Assembly (NCBI GenBank): GCA_963722385.1
Contig: CAVRKK010000001.1
Coordinates: forward strand, 268,838 to 332,837
Length of the DNA stretch: 64,000 nt
Source: an uncultured bacterium
GTDB lineage: Bacteria; Babelota; Babeliae; Babelales; Babelaceae
Direction: 5' to 3'
The number at the start of each line of letters is the position of its first letter. The first letter of the stretch is position 1. Both the position numbers and the translations under genes were made by a program. Of the stretch, positions 1 to 10,575 are shown in pieces. Under the pieces are notes generated by a model, which saw only the letters and a program-made list of their open reading frames with translations, did no database searches and was not told the DNA's origin.

Positions 1-747
1 GATTTGGGTGTATAGGGAAGCCATAGTGCTATATCTCCAAGAATAGCGTCATATGTCTGCCCTAAACTACGTGTTTGATTATTCAAAGTGCTCAAGAGTG
101 TTAGCTTCTGTTTCAGAAATTTTTTGAAGAGTAAGTTCCTTGCTTCTGTTTTTTGCTCAAGCTTTCGTGCTGCCTGGTATTGTTTCTCAAGGCTTTGCAG
201 ATCCCTGGCATAAAGACTTCTTGCTCTTGCGAGCTTAGTCCGATATGCGGTTTCAAGCTCCTGTTTGGTAAAGGTAGATTTAGTCAGGCCTAAAACTGAA
301 GGATCATAGCTAACACCAAATGCCCCATATAGGATTCCTGATAAGAACCTTAGTCAAGATCTACCTATTCCCTGAACCGGAACATATTCAGCCCCATTTT
401 TTGATTCACTCAGATTCTGTTTAACGCTGTTTAAAGTAGCCCGTGCATTATTTGCGAGAACCTTAGCATTAGACTCACTATGGTCTCTCCGCTTGGCGCT
501 GTTACGATAGGAATATTTTCTGCTGCTGTGGATGATGAAGGTTCTGTAACCGGTGGAGAAGTATCTTTTTCAGTCGAGGGAGATGTCTCAGGTGAAGTAG
601 CAGGTGGTTGTATATCTGGTTGCTTCGGCCTTTGCCATAGAGGCTCCCCAATTATTCTGGTAATTGCTTTTTGCTGGGTTCATTCATAGCTCCTAAGCTA
701 CATACAAAAAAACTAATTATTGCTAACAAAATTTTACCATAATACAT
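1..747 (-). pseudogene. Multiply frameshifted secreted protein; Pro/Ser/Thr-rich linker and a J-domain-like segment; runs off the window edge
   Basis: ATG at 747 gives signal peptide MYYGKILLAIISFFVCSLGA-MNEP then a stop. Other frames continue with ...PPATSPETSPSTEK... and ...VLGLTKSTFTKQELETAYRTKL... Confidence 0.5.
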
Positions 748-975
748 TATGTTACCTCACCCTCTATATACCTATTTTTCATCATTATAACTACTAAGAT
801 AAATAAAAATCAATAGTATTATTATTCTGTTTAATATTTTTGGTTTTTTTCTATTAGATCATTGGGAGCTGCGCTAGTTCTTTGATAGGCATAAAATATT
901 GTTCCGAGCACCTTACTGTGCCTCAAAAATTACCCACCCGAGCTACCGCTTCCATCTTGCAAAAATAAGCTCAGA

Positions 976-1893
976 TCAGCACGAAGTAGACAAAGGGCTT
1001 TCTTTTTTAAGGGCAATTTGTACGTGCCGGTAAAAATAAAGCACAAGCCCTGTTACCACCAAAGCTCCGGCGATCATAACATTAACAGATGGCCGTTCAT
1101 TAAATAAAATCCACCCGTAGAGTGCTGCGAAAAGCGGTGACAAGAAGCTCATGACTGTCATCGTGGTGGAACTATAGCGCTTGAGAATGGCCGCCTGTAA
1201 ATGGGCCGATATGACATTACTTAAGATAATATTAAGGAAAAGCAATTGAATAAAAAGAAAAGCATTCCCCTTAATCCAGACCGACTCGGTCCAAAACGAA
1301 GCATTAAACGTAAAAATACCTGCAAAAAACATCGTTAAGCCATTGGCCAAAAGGGGAGAGCATTGACGATGACGAACCAATTGTTGCATAATAAGAAGGC
1401 TATAGCTAAATGAAAGTACCGCCATAAGTACGAAAACGTCAGCATACGATATATGGGTGACAAGCTCTTTAACGCTTTGAGGCTGCCCATTAAGAAATAA
1501 AGGAATCAGGCCGGTAAAGCCAATGACCAACCCCAGCAGTTGTATAAGGGTTAAGCGCTCTTTTAAGAAAAAATAGGTCAAAAGAGCTGAGAAAAAAGGC
1601 GCAAAATTAAACAACAATGCTATTTTAACGGCCGGTAGGTACTGAAGCGCCCATGCCCTACCGGCAGCGGGTATAACAACACCGAGCAACGCAAACTGCC
1701 CAATAAGAAACCAATCCTTAAGCCCAAGCGCCTGGAGGCGGATATTTTGCATATGCGCGTATGCGCATAAAGCTATACCCGAAATCAGCATTCGGACGCC
1801 CACAAAAAAAAGCGGCGATGCATATGCAAGCAAAACCTTGCCCAAGGTAATGGTAAAGCCAGAAATAGCATATAAGAGCACAATCAAAATCAT
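976..1893 (-). CDS. EamA/DMT family transporter
   Basis: 305 aa, about 10 hydrophobic helices, duplicated EamA motifs (FFLKERLT / ILFNERP). Confidence 0.9.
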   Translation of the reverse strand: MILIVLLYAISGFTITLGKVLLAYASPLFFVGVRMLISGIALCAYAHMQNIRLQALGLKDWFLIGQFALLGVVIPAAGRAWALQYLPAVKIALLFNFAPFFSALLTYFFLKERLTLIQLLGLVIGFTGLIPLFLNGQPQSVKELVTHISYADVFVLMAVLSFSYSLLIMQQLVRHRQCSPLLANGLTMFFAGIFTFNASFWTESVWIKGNAFLFIQLLFLNIILSNVISAHLQAAILKRYSSTTMTVMSFLSPLFAALYGWILFNERPSVNVMIAGALVVTGLVLYFYRHVQIALKKESPLSTSC

Positions 1894-2035
1894 ACCAGCC
1901 CTATTTCAAAGCTTATCATTATGCGCTTTACAAGCTACCATTTTTTTTAGAATAAGTCTCCAAAAGAAAAAGATTTGCACGTATAAGTTCTTTTTAATCG
2001 CTCTTTTGGTATAATAAAGAAGAAACAGGTCCTTT

Positions 2036-3667
2036 ATGCACAGATATATTTTTATTACTGGCGGTGTCATATCTTCTCTGGGCAAGGGCATCGCTGCCGG
2101 CGGTATTGCAGCTTTACTCGAAGCCAAGGGGCTTTCGGTTTCATTTCTTAAGTTAGACCCTTACCTCAATCTTGACCCCGGCACCATGAACCCTTATCAA
2201 CATGGCGAAGTCTATGTCACCGAAGATGGCGCAGAAACCGATTTAGATTTAGGCCACTATGAGCGATTTAGCAGCACAATTCTTTCCAAAAACAATTCCA
2301 CCACAGCAGGCACAATTTATGCCCAGCTCCTCCAAAAAGAGCGGAGTGGCGGCTTCCTCGGCAAAACGGTACAAACGGTTCCCCATTTTACGAACGAAAT
2401 AAAAGAATACATTTATCAAGTAGGCAGAAGCGCTGATATCGCCATTGTTGAAATTGGCGGAACTATCGGTGACATTGAAAGCCTTCCCTTTGTTGAGGCT
2501 ATTCGGCAAATACGACTTGATCATAAAAATCGTTGCGCTTTTGTTCATATAACCTATATTCCCTATATAGCAGTCGTTGATGAGCTCAAAACAAAACCAA
2601 CACAACACTCAGTCAAGGCACTTCTTTCGTTAGGTATTCAGCCAGATATTATTATTGGCAGAGCCGAGAAAGCGCTAACCCAAGATATCAAGCAAAAGAT
2701 AGCACTGTTTACGAACGTTGATACAGAAGCCATCATATCAGCGCCCGACCTTAAAAACATTTACGAAATACCTCTTATATTCTATGAACAAAAATTAGAT
2801 AGCGTGCTCAGTAATCATCTTGAGCTCTCTTGCCAAAGGCCAATCCTTACCAAATGGCATACGTTTATCGAAAGCATCTCTACGCTGCATGATGCCGTCA
2901 ATATAGCTATCGTAGGCAAATATGTAAATTTACCTGACGCTTATAAAAGCATAACCGAAGCGCTCATTCACGCTCAGGCTCCTAACAACACACGAGTTAT
3001 GGTCAATTGGATTGACGCCGAGCAGCTAACGAGCGAAACCACACATCATCGTTTAGAAAACATGGATGGTATCTTAGTACCAGGCGGATTTGGCGACCGG
3101 GGAGTTAAGGGAAAAATCGCGGCAGCACAATATGCCCGTGAACATAAGGTGCCTTATTTTGGCATATGCCTCGGTATGCAGGTTGCCGTCATAGAATTTG
3201 CTCGTAATGTACTTGGTCTCAAAGAAGCTAACTCAACAGAATTTGATGCCTCAACGCCGTTTCCTGTCATTGATCTTATGCAAGAACAAAAAAGTAAAAA
3301 AGAATTAGGCGGCACCCTAAGGTTGGGATCATCTCGCTGTACCTTGAAAAGAGGAAGCGCTGCCGAGACTATTTATGGTATAAATAGTCTTACTGAGCGC
3401 CATCGCCATCGCTACGAATTTAATACCCAATTCATCTCACATTATGAAGAAAACGGCTTTGTTGTAACCGGCTACAACGAACTTCAACAGTTACCTGAAA
3501 TGATAGAAATTCCTAGCAATCCTTTTTTTATTGCTTGTCAGTTTCATCCCGAATTTAAGAGCAAACCATTTGCTCCTCACCCTCTGTTTGTGGCATTTGT
3601 TAAAGCCGCTTCCGCATACAAGAAGAACCTTGCCAGGCATCTAGAGCTCGCTTGCTGCTTGTATTAA
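2036..3667 (+). CDS. pyrG: CTP synthase
   Basis: YIFITGGVISSLGKG, KLDPYLN.DPGTMNPYQHGEV, GICLGMQ, ERHRHRYE, QFHPEF. Confidence 0.99.
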   Translation: MHRYIFITGGVISSLGKGIAAGGIAALLEAKGLSVSFLKLDPYLNLDPGTMNPYQHGEVYVTEDGAETDLDLGHYERFSSTILSKNNSTTAGTIYAQLLQKERSGGFLGKTVQTVPHFTNEIKEYIYQVGRSADIAIVEIGGTIGDIESLPFVEAIRQIRLDHKNRCAFVHITYIPYIAVVDELKTKPTQHSVKALLSLGIQPDIIIGRAEKALTQDIKQKIALFTNVDTEAIISAPDLKNIYEIPLIFYEQKLDSVLSNHLELSCQRPILTKWHTFIESISTLHDAVNIAIVGKYVNLPDAYKSITEALIHAQAPNNTRVMVNWIDAEQLTSETTHHRLENMDGILVPGGFGDRGVKGKIAAAQYAREHKVPYFGICLGMQVAVIEFARNVLGLKEANSTEFDASTPFPVIDLMQEQKSKKELGGTLRLGSSRCTLKRGSAAETIYGINSLTERHRHRYEFNTQFISHYEENGFVVTGYNELQQLPEMIEIPSNPFFIACQFHPEFKSKPFAPHPLFVAFVKAASAYKKNLARHLELACCLY

Positions 3668-3747
3668 CGGCCTCACCTTGTTAAGCTTAATGCTCATGGA
3701 CTACTTAAAATAACAAATGTATAATCCACCAAGAAAGGTGTCATATT

Positions 3748-4110
3748 ATGAAATTTAATGTTTTATTTATTTTGCTCATTGCTATATTGGGCAACCAAAC
3801 CTGCCAAGCGTATCTCTATAGGTTCCATAACACCAGCAAGCAACTTGTCGAGGTAACCGTAACCGACCCTGCAACCCATAAAACGCACAATTTTAAGATT
3901 GGTTCGAATAAAATACATGATTTAGATCTACCTTCCGAACGCGAACAATATGGTCACCCGGAGATTAAGATTAACGGTCAATTTGTTGAACATATCATGG
4001 ATATTGAGATCATTTGTCATCCGCCTATCATAGGCGAAACTCTTGAAATAAAAAAATCTCCTTTTGCGCCAAGCGATTGGTGGATCGACTCGGTATGTAT
4101 CTCAGAATAG
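3748..4110 (+). CDS. Hypothetical secreted protein
   Basis: Signal peptide ending CQA; RBS-like aaaggtg upstream. Confidence 0.7.
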   Translation: MKFNVLFILLIAILGNQTCQAYLYRFHNTSKQLVEVTVTDPATHKTHNFKIGSNKIHDLDLPSEREQYGHPEIKINGQFVEHIMDIEIICHPPIIGETLEIKKSPFAPSDWWIDSVCISE

Positions 4111-4169
4111 GTTTCCAGTCTCTTTTTTCAAATTCAAGTATATCCATGAGGAACCTGTTATAGGTTTAG

Positions 4170-4204
4170 CTAGAGCCCCAACCCATAGGTGATCGGGGCT
4201 CTAG
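4170..4204. terminator. Hairpin between convergent genes (likely terminator)
   Basis: ctagagcccc / ggggctctag 10-bp stem. Confidence 0.55.
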
Positions 4205-4213
4205 AGCTATAGG

Positions 4214-4660
4214 CTATATTCGCTCATTGAGCTCGGCAGTAACCTCCGCTTCTATCTTCCCATGATCGGTGGTAAAAAGCGCATGTAGAGATCCCGTATA
4301 AAACTCTTGGGGTGATTTCCAGCAACCCCCCGATTTCGTACGTATAAGCAGCTGCCCATTACTATACGCGACATAGCATTCCTTCAGAATTGTTATCGTT
4401 TGCTCAATGTCACGCATGGTAAATATATCCCCCTTAACACTCAGCTTGACGGGCAATTGTGTACCTGCAGGACAGGCGACAATAAATCGCTCTTTTTGTG
4501 AGAAAAATCCCTCTATTTGTTCTTTGGTTAAATTATCCCATTGGATAATAGGCAAAGAAGCAAGGTCGTCAGCAACCGCACAAACAGGTGCGTGATTCAT
4601 GCTTGCCTGATGAGCAGCAAAGAGAGAAAGCGCAATGGCAAAAACTCGCATACTATACAT
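4214..4660 (-). CDS. Hypothetical secreted protein, probable target of the BlaI-like repressor
   Basis: Signal peptide, aggaga RBS, operator palindrome directly upstream. Confidence 0.75.
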   Translation of the reverse strand: MYSMRVFAIALSLFAAHQASMNHAPVCAVADDLASLPIIQWDNLTKEQIEGFFSQKERFIVACPAGTQLPVKLSVKGDIFTMRDIEQTITILKECYVAYSNGQLLIRTKSGGCWKSPQEFYTGSLHALFTTDHGKIEAEVTAELNERI

Positions 4661-4670
4661 GATATCTCCT

Positions 4671-4686
4671 TACTACATTTGTAGTA
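4671..4686. promoter_or_regulatory. BlaI/CopY-type operator
   Basis: Palindrome TACTACA-TT-TGTAGTA containing the TACA-nn-TGTA box, abutting the RBS. Confidence 0.8.
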
Positions 4687-4746
4687 GTTTCGGTAAAAAA
4701 AATAATCATTTAACAAGAAATTTTGATACTCTATCACCTACCTTTC

Positions 4747-5811
4747 TTAAAAGATCCAGAATTTGCCCAAAGCGACAATTATCAGGATCGAGCTAATACC
4801 AACCATATGGAGCATTTTTAATACCAAGGGAACTTTGTAGGGTATATCTTGTTTTAGCAGTGCTTCGATGCGGCACTTCATACGTTCGGCTTGAAAAAAT
4901 GATGCAATCGGCAATGTCTGGCAGGACTGTTTTGCGTGTCGTGCTACCTTAACCAGCGCATCTGCCAGGTCTATCGGCGCAAGTGCAAACTTATGTATCG
5001 TACTATCACACGCTAGCTCTTGGGCCCCCTCAACGTGCTTAATCCAGCGTTTAAGCGGAATCCACCAAAGAAGGGCAGCAAGCGCTTGAAAAAATAACCG
5101 CAGCGGCGCATCATACCAGGTCAAATGATTGAGCTCGTGAGCAATAATTGCCTCAAATTCAGATTGGGTGATATGTTCGACTAATACTTGGGGAATCAAT
5201 ATGTATTTAGAAAGCAAGCCGAAGCAACAGGGAATGGTAACCTCTGGTGATAACATCACATGCGTGTTCGAGGACCTCAGGACCTCATTGAGCAAGGGAT
5301 TATCGATATTTCGCGTACAAGCAAGCGCGCGTTGTATAAGTGCTCCTAATAACTTTCGTGAATACCAAAGATTAAATAACCAGTGCACAACAAACAATAC
5401 CGAAAGTACCATCACACTTAGCACAAAGAGCTTGACCCACCATGGCCCAATGTATAACGCTATTAAATCAGCGAACGTAAAAGTTTTGCCATCGCTTAAA
5501 ATAAGTTGAATCACCGTGACTGGTATAAGGCGCAAGCCAGGAATCCACTCAAGTGAAAAAAGAAATGTTCTACTGCCCGGCATAACCCAAAAGGGATTGA
5601 TCTCATGGGCAAGAGCCCATTTCGAAAAATCATAGAGATAAAGATCAAGGATAACTTTGAAAAGCGGTAGTGCCAACATTAAGGCTTTTAAGCGCGGCTG
5701 ACGGACGCTCAGTATCATAATAGACAAGCGAACTAAAAGTGCCACCGTTATAAAAGAAAAAAACATGTTAATAATAATGTTAAAGATATAAATCCAACCA
5801 AGGTCACTCAT
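4747..5811 (-). CDS. BlaR1/M56-family membrane metallopeptidase, no C-terminal sensor domain
   Basis: N-terminal TM helices, IIAHELNH (HExxH), QELACD; overlaps the blaI-like gene. Confidence 0.9.
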   Translation of the reverse strand: MSDLGWIYIFNIIINMFFSFITVALLVRLSIMILSVRQPRLKALMLALPLFKVILDLYLYDFSKWALAHEINPFWVMPGSRTFLFSLEWIPGLRLIPVTVIQLILSDGKTFTFADLIALYIGPWWVKLFVLSVMVLSVLFVVHWLFNLWYSRKLLGALIQRALACTRNIDNPLLNEVLRSSNTHVMLSPEVTIPCCFGLLSKYILIPQVLVEHITQSEFEAIIAHELNHLTWYDAPLRLFFQALAALLWWIPLKRWIKHVEGAQELACDSTIHKFALAPIDLADALVKVARHAKQSCQTLPIASFFQAERMKCRIEALLKQDIPYKVPLVLKMLHMVGISSILIIVALGKFWIF

Positions 5812-6193
5812 GAGATTTTTTCGCCTCGCGCTTACGCTTAATTGCTTCCTCTAAATGTGCCAATTCGCTCTCAGTTATCTCCTCATCTTCGTTAATTAAA
5901 AAAGCGATCATAGATGATGATTTGCCGCCAAAAACTTTATTTTTAAGCTTGCAAAGAAATCCTGAATCATGCTTTGCCTGCACCAAGTTCATAGCATATT
6001 CATATTGATTGCCATTCAAGGATCGCTTGAGCTTTCCCTTTTCAACTAACCGGTTCATCACCGTCATTACCGTTGTATAACAGTCGCCTTGACCCAGGGT
6101 ATTAACAACGTCACGAATGGTTAAGGTCGTTCGATTATTAAACGTCTGCAAAATAGCTAATTCAAGCTCGCCAAAGATACGCTTTCTTTTCAT
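5804..6193 (-). CDS. BlaI/MecI/CopY family transcriptional repressor
   Basis: FGELELAIL, YTTVMTVMNRLVEKG wHTH signature. Confidence 0.92.
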   Translation of the reverse strand: MKRKRIFGELELAILQTFNNRTTLTIRDVVNTLGQGDCYTTVMTVMNRLVEKGKLKRSLNGNQYEYAMNLVQAKHDSGFLCKLKNKVFGGKSSSMIAFLINEDEEITESELAHLEEAIKRKREAKKSHE

Positions 6194-6226
6194 AAATTAC
6201 CTTTGCTTTTTGATATGCTATTACAT

Positions 6227-6242
6227 TACTACGCTTGTAGTA
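6227..6242. promoter_or_regulatory. Second BlaI/CopY-type operator (autoregulatory)
   Basis: TACTACG-CT-TGTAGTA, one arm mismatch versus 4671-4686, about 35 bp upstream of the repressor start. Confidence 0.75.
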
Positions 6243-6325
6243 GCAAGTCAACAATTGTTTGACAAAAGTTTTTTCGCATAAGAAGTATGAGCAGTTGCTT
6301 AACATACTCAACCAAAATCATAACA

Positions 6326-7318
6326 TTATCTTAATATAAGTTTGAATTGCTTTAAAATATCGTTGGTTTCGTCGTGAAAACTAGGTGTACGATGGCCCAA
6401 AGTTCCGTGAATAAGTATCCAAACATAACGAATTTTAGAAAGATCAATTTTTTTTGGTTTGATAGTATCTAGACAGCCAATCCATAAGCAGCGTATTCCC
6501 TCATTATTTTTAGGTTCGCAATCTTTGAGAATTTTATTCGGGCAGTTATGCCAGCGCCACTCTCTTTTTTTCCCCACTGGCATGCCAGCTCCACCTGCTA
6601 CTTTAATTGGCAATTGGTCAGGTTGGCGTGACGGTGAAGCAGAAGGACCTGTCTTATTTACTGTTGATGAACTTGAATCCCGTTTTTGATCTGGTTGTTT
6701 ACTAGTATTAGGCTTTGGTTGAAAGTTTAGTTCAGCAGCAGACATAAATTCTATTACAGGTTCTGCATCTGTTTCACCCTCATACTCAAAAACATAATAT
6801 TCTATCTCTTCCGATTCTTCAGTTTGTTTATCCTCATTATTTTGGGCTCCCTCTTGAAAAGCAGCTTGAGAGGCAGATAGACGAGCCAAATAATATTTTG
6901 ATGCTTCTTTTAAATCTATACAAGGTATAGATTCGTTACCAAAGGATTGCTTAAAGTATCTTCTTGCTTGCTGCCAATCAACAAAAATGATTACTTGATT
7001 ATTAGTTAATGATGCTAATAAATCGCTTGCTTCAATTATAGATATGCCAAGATGATGTTTTATAACTTGTGCTCCGCGCGACTTTGTTTTTTCATTAGTT
7101 GGAAGAGCGCTATAGAAACTAAGAAGCACCTCAAGCACACTATTCTTATTACGCAAAAAATCCTGTCGATTAGTTTTTACCAAAAATCTTTCAAAATTTA
7201 GTAAAGATATTTGCTTAATTTGATTTTTTCGAGGATCTTCCATAGTGTGAACATGGAAGCACGGAACAATAGTTAATAGAAACGCTATTAGCCAAAATCT
7301 ATTTACTGTTTTATACAT
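6326..7318 (-). CDS. Hypothetical secreted protein, possibly C-terminally truncated alpha/beta hydrolase
   Basis: Signal peptide, acidic/low-complexity middle, ends about 25 aa after VWILIHGT. Confidence 0.6.
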   Translation of the reverse strand: MYKTVNRFWLIAFLLTIVPCFHVHTMEDPRKNQIKQISLLNFERFLVKTNRQDFLRNKNSVLEVLLSFYSALPTNEKTKSRGAQVIKHHLGISIIEASDLLASLTNNQVIIFVDWQQARRYFKQSFGNESIPCIDLKEASKYYLARLSASQAAFQEGAQNNEDKQTEESEEIEYYVFEYEGETDAEPVIEFMSAAELNFQPKPNTSKQPDQKRDSSSSTVNKTGPSASPSRQPDQLPIKVAGGAGMPVGKKREWRWHNCPNKILKDCEPKNNEGIRCLWIGCLDTIKPKKIDLSKIRYVWILIHGTLGHRTPSFHDETNDILKQFKLILR

Positions 7319-7390
7319 AAGCTTCCTTAAATGCTATATTTAACAAAAAATAGCTTTATAAATGCTATTAGATTATAGGTTTTTCGGGAT

Positions 7391-9196
7391 CTATATACTT
7401 GGAGTGCTGGATTCTCCAATTATTTTAAACACCGCATTTTTATCTTCGTTGGAGAGGAAAGGGATACTCGAGCTAATGTATTCCCATAGCAAACCTCTGA
7501 CCGAACTGTTAATATCGGATGGACTTAATTGTTTCATCATAAATGCAAGTTGCTTGTTTAATAGTTCTTTTGTTCTGTTCGTATGGGCTCCACCTAGCAA
7601 TTGAGGTAATAGCCACACTTGCATATCATTATTGGCAAATGTCATAGAGAGAACGATAAAAAGGTATTGATCTTCGCTAAAAGAGTATTGCTTGTCGCTT
7701 AATGCGTGAAGTCTTTCAATTGCTTGGCAAATAAGCTCATACGTATTCGGGCTCATGGGTAAAATAGTGAGCGCATTGGTAATAGAATGGCTTAATAAGG
7801 CAGGGTCCTGCTCTTGTGAGAGCTGGTTAGTGATAAATAGGTGGGCGCTTACTATATCTTTGACTGCCAAAATATCAGGATGGTTTGCAGCTTCAAAAGC
7901 ATGTGAAAGAGCTGAGTAAGTGATTGCAGAAATTAGCTTTTGTTTTTTTTGTACGTTAGTCTCTTGATAAAACTCGTATATAAATGATGGAATAAGTTCA
8001 TGAGCGCCGTAGATACTTAGAAGATCAGTGATGATAGAAAAGTGCTGCTGATTGCTGTTTTGAGCTCGCTGCCATAGGTTGTTTAGCTTTAGAGAGCGAG
8101 GGATGGTGGTGTCGCCGAGGTATGCTGTCAGCTCAATTTCTAGTGAGTTATATTCTTGGGAGATATCAGTTTTTTGCTTAAGAGTTGTAGAATTAGGCCG
8201 ATGAAAGAGAAACTCGTGGAAGGTAGATCGTGGTAATATTGGGGTTGGTGGATTAACTATATGTACATCAAATCCTTTAAGGTAGCAAAAATTAACAAAG
8301 GTATCACAGCGAAACATTCCTCGAATTATCCCTCTTTCGAGTATTAATCGATGTTGGGATTCATCATAAACGGGTCTTAAGGTATAGCGACCTTCTCTCC
8401 ATTGAGCAGTTAGCGTATATTCTGGGTCGAACTGTATTTGATTTACACCTGCTTGGAAAGCGCTGGTTGCTTTATTAGCCTCAATCATTTCTAATGATTC
8501 AAGACCATATACTGCTCCCCAGTAAGGGCTTCGGGTTTTAAAAGTGGTTAATGGATTAAGTTGAATAACTGGTCTTTCATTTAATACCTCAAGTACAAAG
8601 GCTGTTTGGTCAGTTTGGTTACTCTTAATTAATCCCGTATGGCCAAGCCAGCCTAACCCGGGATAATCTAAATTTCTTCCTACAACGTCTGCCATGCATA
8701 CTCCAGGTTCAGTTGAGCAAAAACGCCCGTATTCAGAGTTTTTGATGGCCGTGTTCCTTGGGCAGCGATAGGTGGGCTTGGTAAAGAGAACAGCTGAATC
8801 AATAATTTGGTTGTTATTATCTTGACAGTAAAAATTCCACATCTCTACTTTTGGAGCGTCATTGGGCTTTGATACTTCATAGTAGTCGCCGTTGGATGTT
8901 GGAAAATCATCCGGTACCATTTGTGGTATTGTAATCGGAGGTTGATTTAGCCAACGACAGCTGTCATGTTGAGGCAAATTTGCAGCAAACTCTTCAATAA
9001 GAGAATCCTTGCTAATAGCTTTAAAATGATAGTTAAATTGAGGAATATAACAACTATTAAATGTAGGGTTGCCTTCAGTGCTGTCATACCATTGATTGGC
9101 AAATTCAGGCAAGAGCTTTTGGCTCAATAAGTGAAAAGGTGCTATAAGAACTAAAAGAAATAGCAAAGTAACTCTTGCCGAATAGATACATTTCAT
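7391..9196 (-). CDS. Secreted protein with putative permuted papain-like (NlpC/P60) domain and helical C-terminus
   Basis: Signal peptide; LGHTGLI precedes FRCDTFVNFCY (His-before-Cys order). Confidence 0.65.
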   Translation of the reverse strand: MKCIYSARVTLLFLLVLIAPFHLLSQKLLPEFANQWYDSTEGNPTFNSCYIPQFNYHFKAISKDSLIEEFAANLPQHDSCRWLNQPPITIPQMVPDDFPTSNGDYYEVSKPNDAPKVEMWNFYCQDNNNQIIDSAVLFTKPTYRCPRNTAIKNSEYGRFCSTEPGVCMADVVGRNLDYPGLGWLGHTGLIKSNQTDQTAFVLEVLNERPVIQLNPLTTFKTRSPYWGAVYGLESLEMIEANKATSAFQAGVNQIQFDPEYTLTAQWREGRYTLRPVYDESQHRLILERGIIRGMFRCDTFVNFCYLKGFDVHIVNPPTPILPRSTFHEFLFHRPNSTTLKQKTDISQEYNSLEIELTAYLGDTTIPRSLKLNNLWQRAQNSNQQHFSIITDLLSIYGAHELIPSFIYEFYQETNVQKKQKLISAITYSALSHAFEAANHPDILAVKDIVSAHLFITNQLSQEQDPALLSHSITNALTILPMSPNTYELICQAIERLHALSDKQYSFSEDQYLFIVLSMTFANNDMQVWLLPQLLGGAHTNRTKELLNKQLAFMMKQLSPSDINSSVRGLLWEYISSSIPFLSNEDKNAVFKIIGESSTPSI

Positions 9197-9297
9197 AAAT
9201 AAGCTCCTTGCTCAGGTTATCTCATAATTTTAGTTTTGAGCTGGTTGATTTGTTCTTAATTCACTGTTTTTCCCCAGCGGATTTTCACTATTGACTG

Positions 9298-9373
9298 ATT
9301 ATATCTCAGATAAAAAAGATCGGCAATTCATCTCGCCACCCATAGAGGTGGGAGAATTCTTGCCAATTTTCAG
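9298..9373 (-). mobile_element. Orphan IS200/IS605-family left end with promoter
   Basis: Minus strand: TTTAA then hairpin ggcaagaattctcccacctctatgggtggcgagatgaattgcc, overlapping TTGCCG-N17-TATAAT. Confidence 0.6.
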
Positions 9374-9706
9374 TTAAAAAAGAGGCACAGCTCTAGATTA
9401 ACGTATATTCCTTGCCAGTATCCCCCACAACAGGATCGCAAAGATAAGGAATAACAGAGGAATACCGCTGTAACTTCTTGTATCAAATTTCTTACAACGA
9501 ACAACATCTACGCTGCCGAGAAAACCTGTTAGAATACCATTGCATGTAGCTAAAAGACCTAAACGCTTAATCATATTTTTATTGCTTGTCAATGTAATGG
9601 TTTGGGACAAACATACCTATCATGCTTATTTAGTAGGACATGATTCAGATAGTGCTTTCTTGCCGGCAAACCGAAAGCTGGCGGCACATAAAAAAACAAG
9701 AGGGTA

Positions 9707-10320
9707 CTCCTGCTTGTAAGAAAGTACTTGCAAGCAGGAGTAATGAAGAATGGCGTGTGTGTAAGGACAGAAAAAGGGACACCACAAGGAGGCCCACTAT
9801 CACCGTTATTAGCAAACATCATGCTAGACGATATCGACAAGGAACTAGAAAAGAGAGGGCACAAGTTCTGCAGATATGCAGACGACTGCAACATCTATGT
9901 GAACAGTATTGCAGCTGGAGAACGGGTGATGGAGTCGGTAACAACATTCCTAGAAAAGAAGCTGCGCCTTAAAGCAAACAAGGCAAAGAGCGCGGTGGCT
10001 CCCCGTAGTGAACCGAACTTTCTTGGGATGCCGGCTAACCAACTATGGGCTAACTATAGCGTTCGAAAGCGTAATGCGAATCAAAAACACCATAAGGATG
10101 ATAATAAGAAGAAATAGAGGCTGCAGCCTGGAACAAGTCAGGGAAGGTTGGGTACGATATTTAAGTTAGCTCGATGCAAAACATATTGCAGGAACTTGAC
10201 CAATGGATAAGGCGCAAACTAAGGCGGATAAGAATCAAACAGCTGAAGAGAAGATACACCATAGCAAAAACACTAATCAGCATGGGGGTAAAAGAATACC
10301 AGGCGTGGATACTTACCGAA
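9707..10320 (+). pseudogene. Group II intron reverse transcriptase/maturase remnant
   Basis: GTPQGGPLSPLLANIML, RYADD; frameshifted domain-X segment LDQWIRRKLRRIRIKQLKR; no N-terminal half or intron DV/DVI seen. Confidence 0.9.
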
Positions 10321-10575
10321 AATTGGAAACCGATAATTTTAAACGGGATATAATATAAATTGGAAGTGATCAAAAATAAGCACAAAATAATGAAGATAGA
10401 GGCTCACAAGTTTTACCTTGCGTCTTTAATTAACTGGTTATTTAGACCTACTAACCAAAGCAAGCTTCAAACTACTCCTCTATCTCTAGTTAATAGATTA
10501 TCATAAAAATTTCAGTTTGTCAAGTTGAAATTATTGCCTCGAGTTTACTTCCCGGTCAGCCAAAAAAAAACTAGC

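Noticed and set aside
9398..9610. 70-aa ORF
   Set aside because: It lies between two mobile remnants and has no recognisable family or clear RBS
9707..10320. RT as part of a DGR, retron or CRISPR-RT system
   Set aside because: Motifs (GTPQGGPLSPLLANI, YADD, domain X) are group II intron type; the gene is fragmented; no TR/VR pair, msr/msd or cas genes seen
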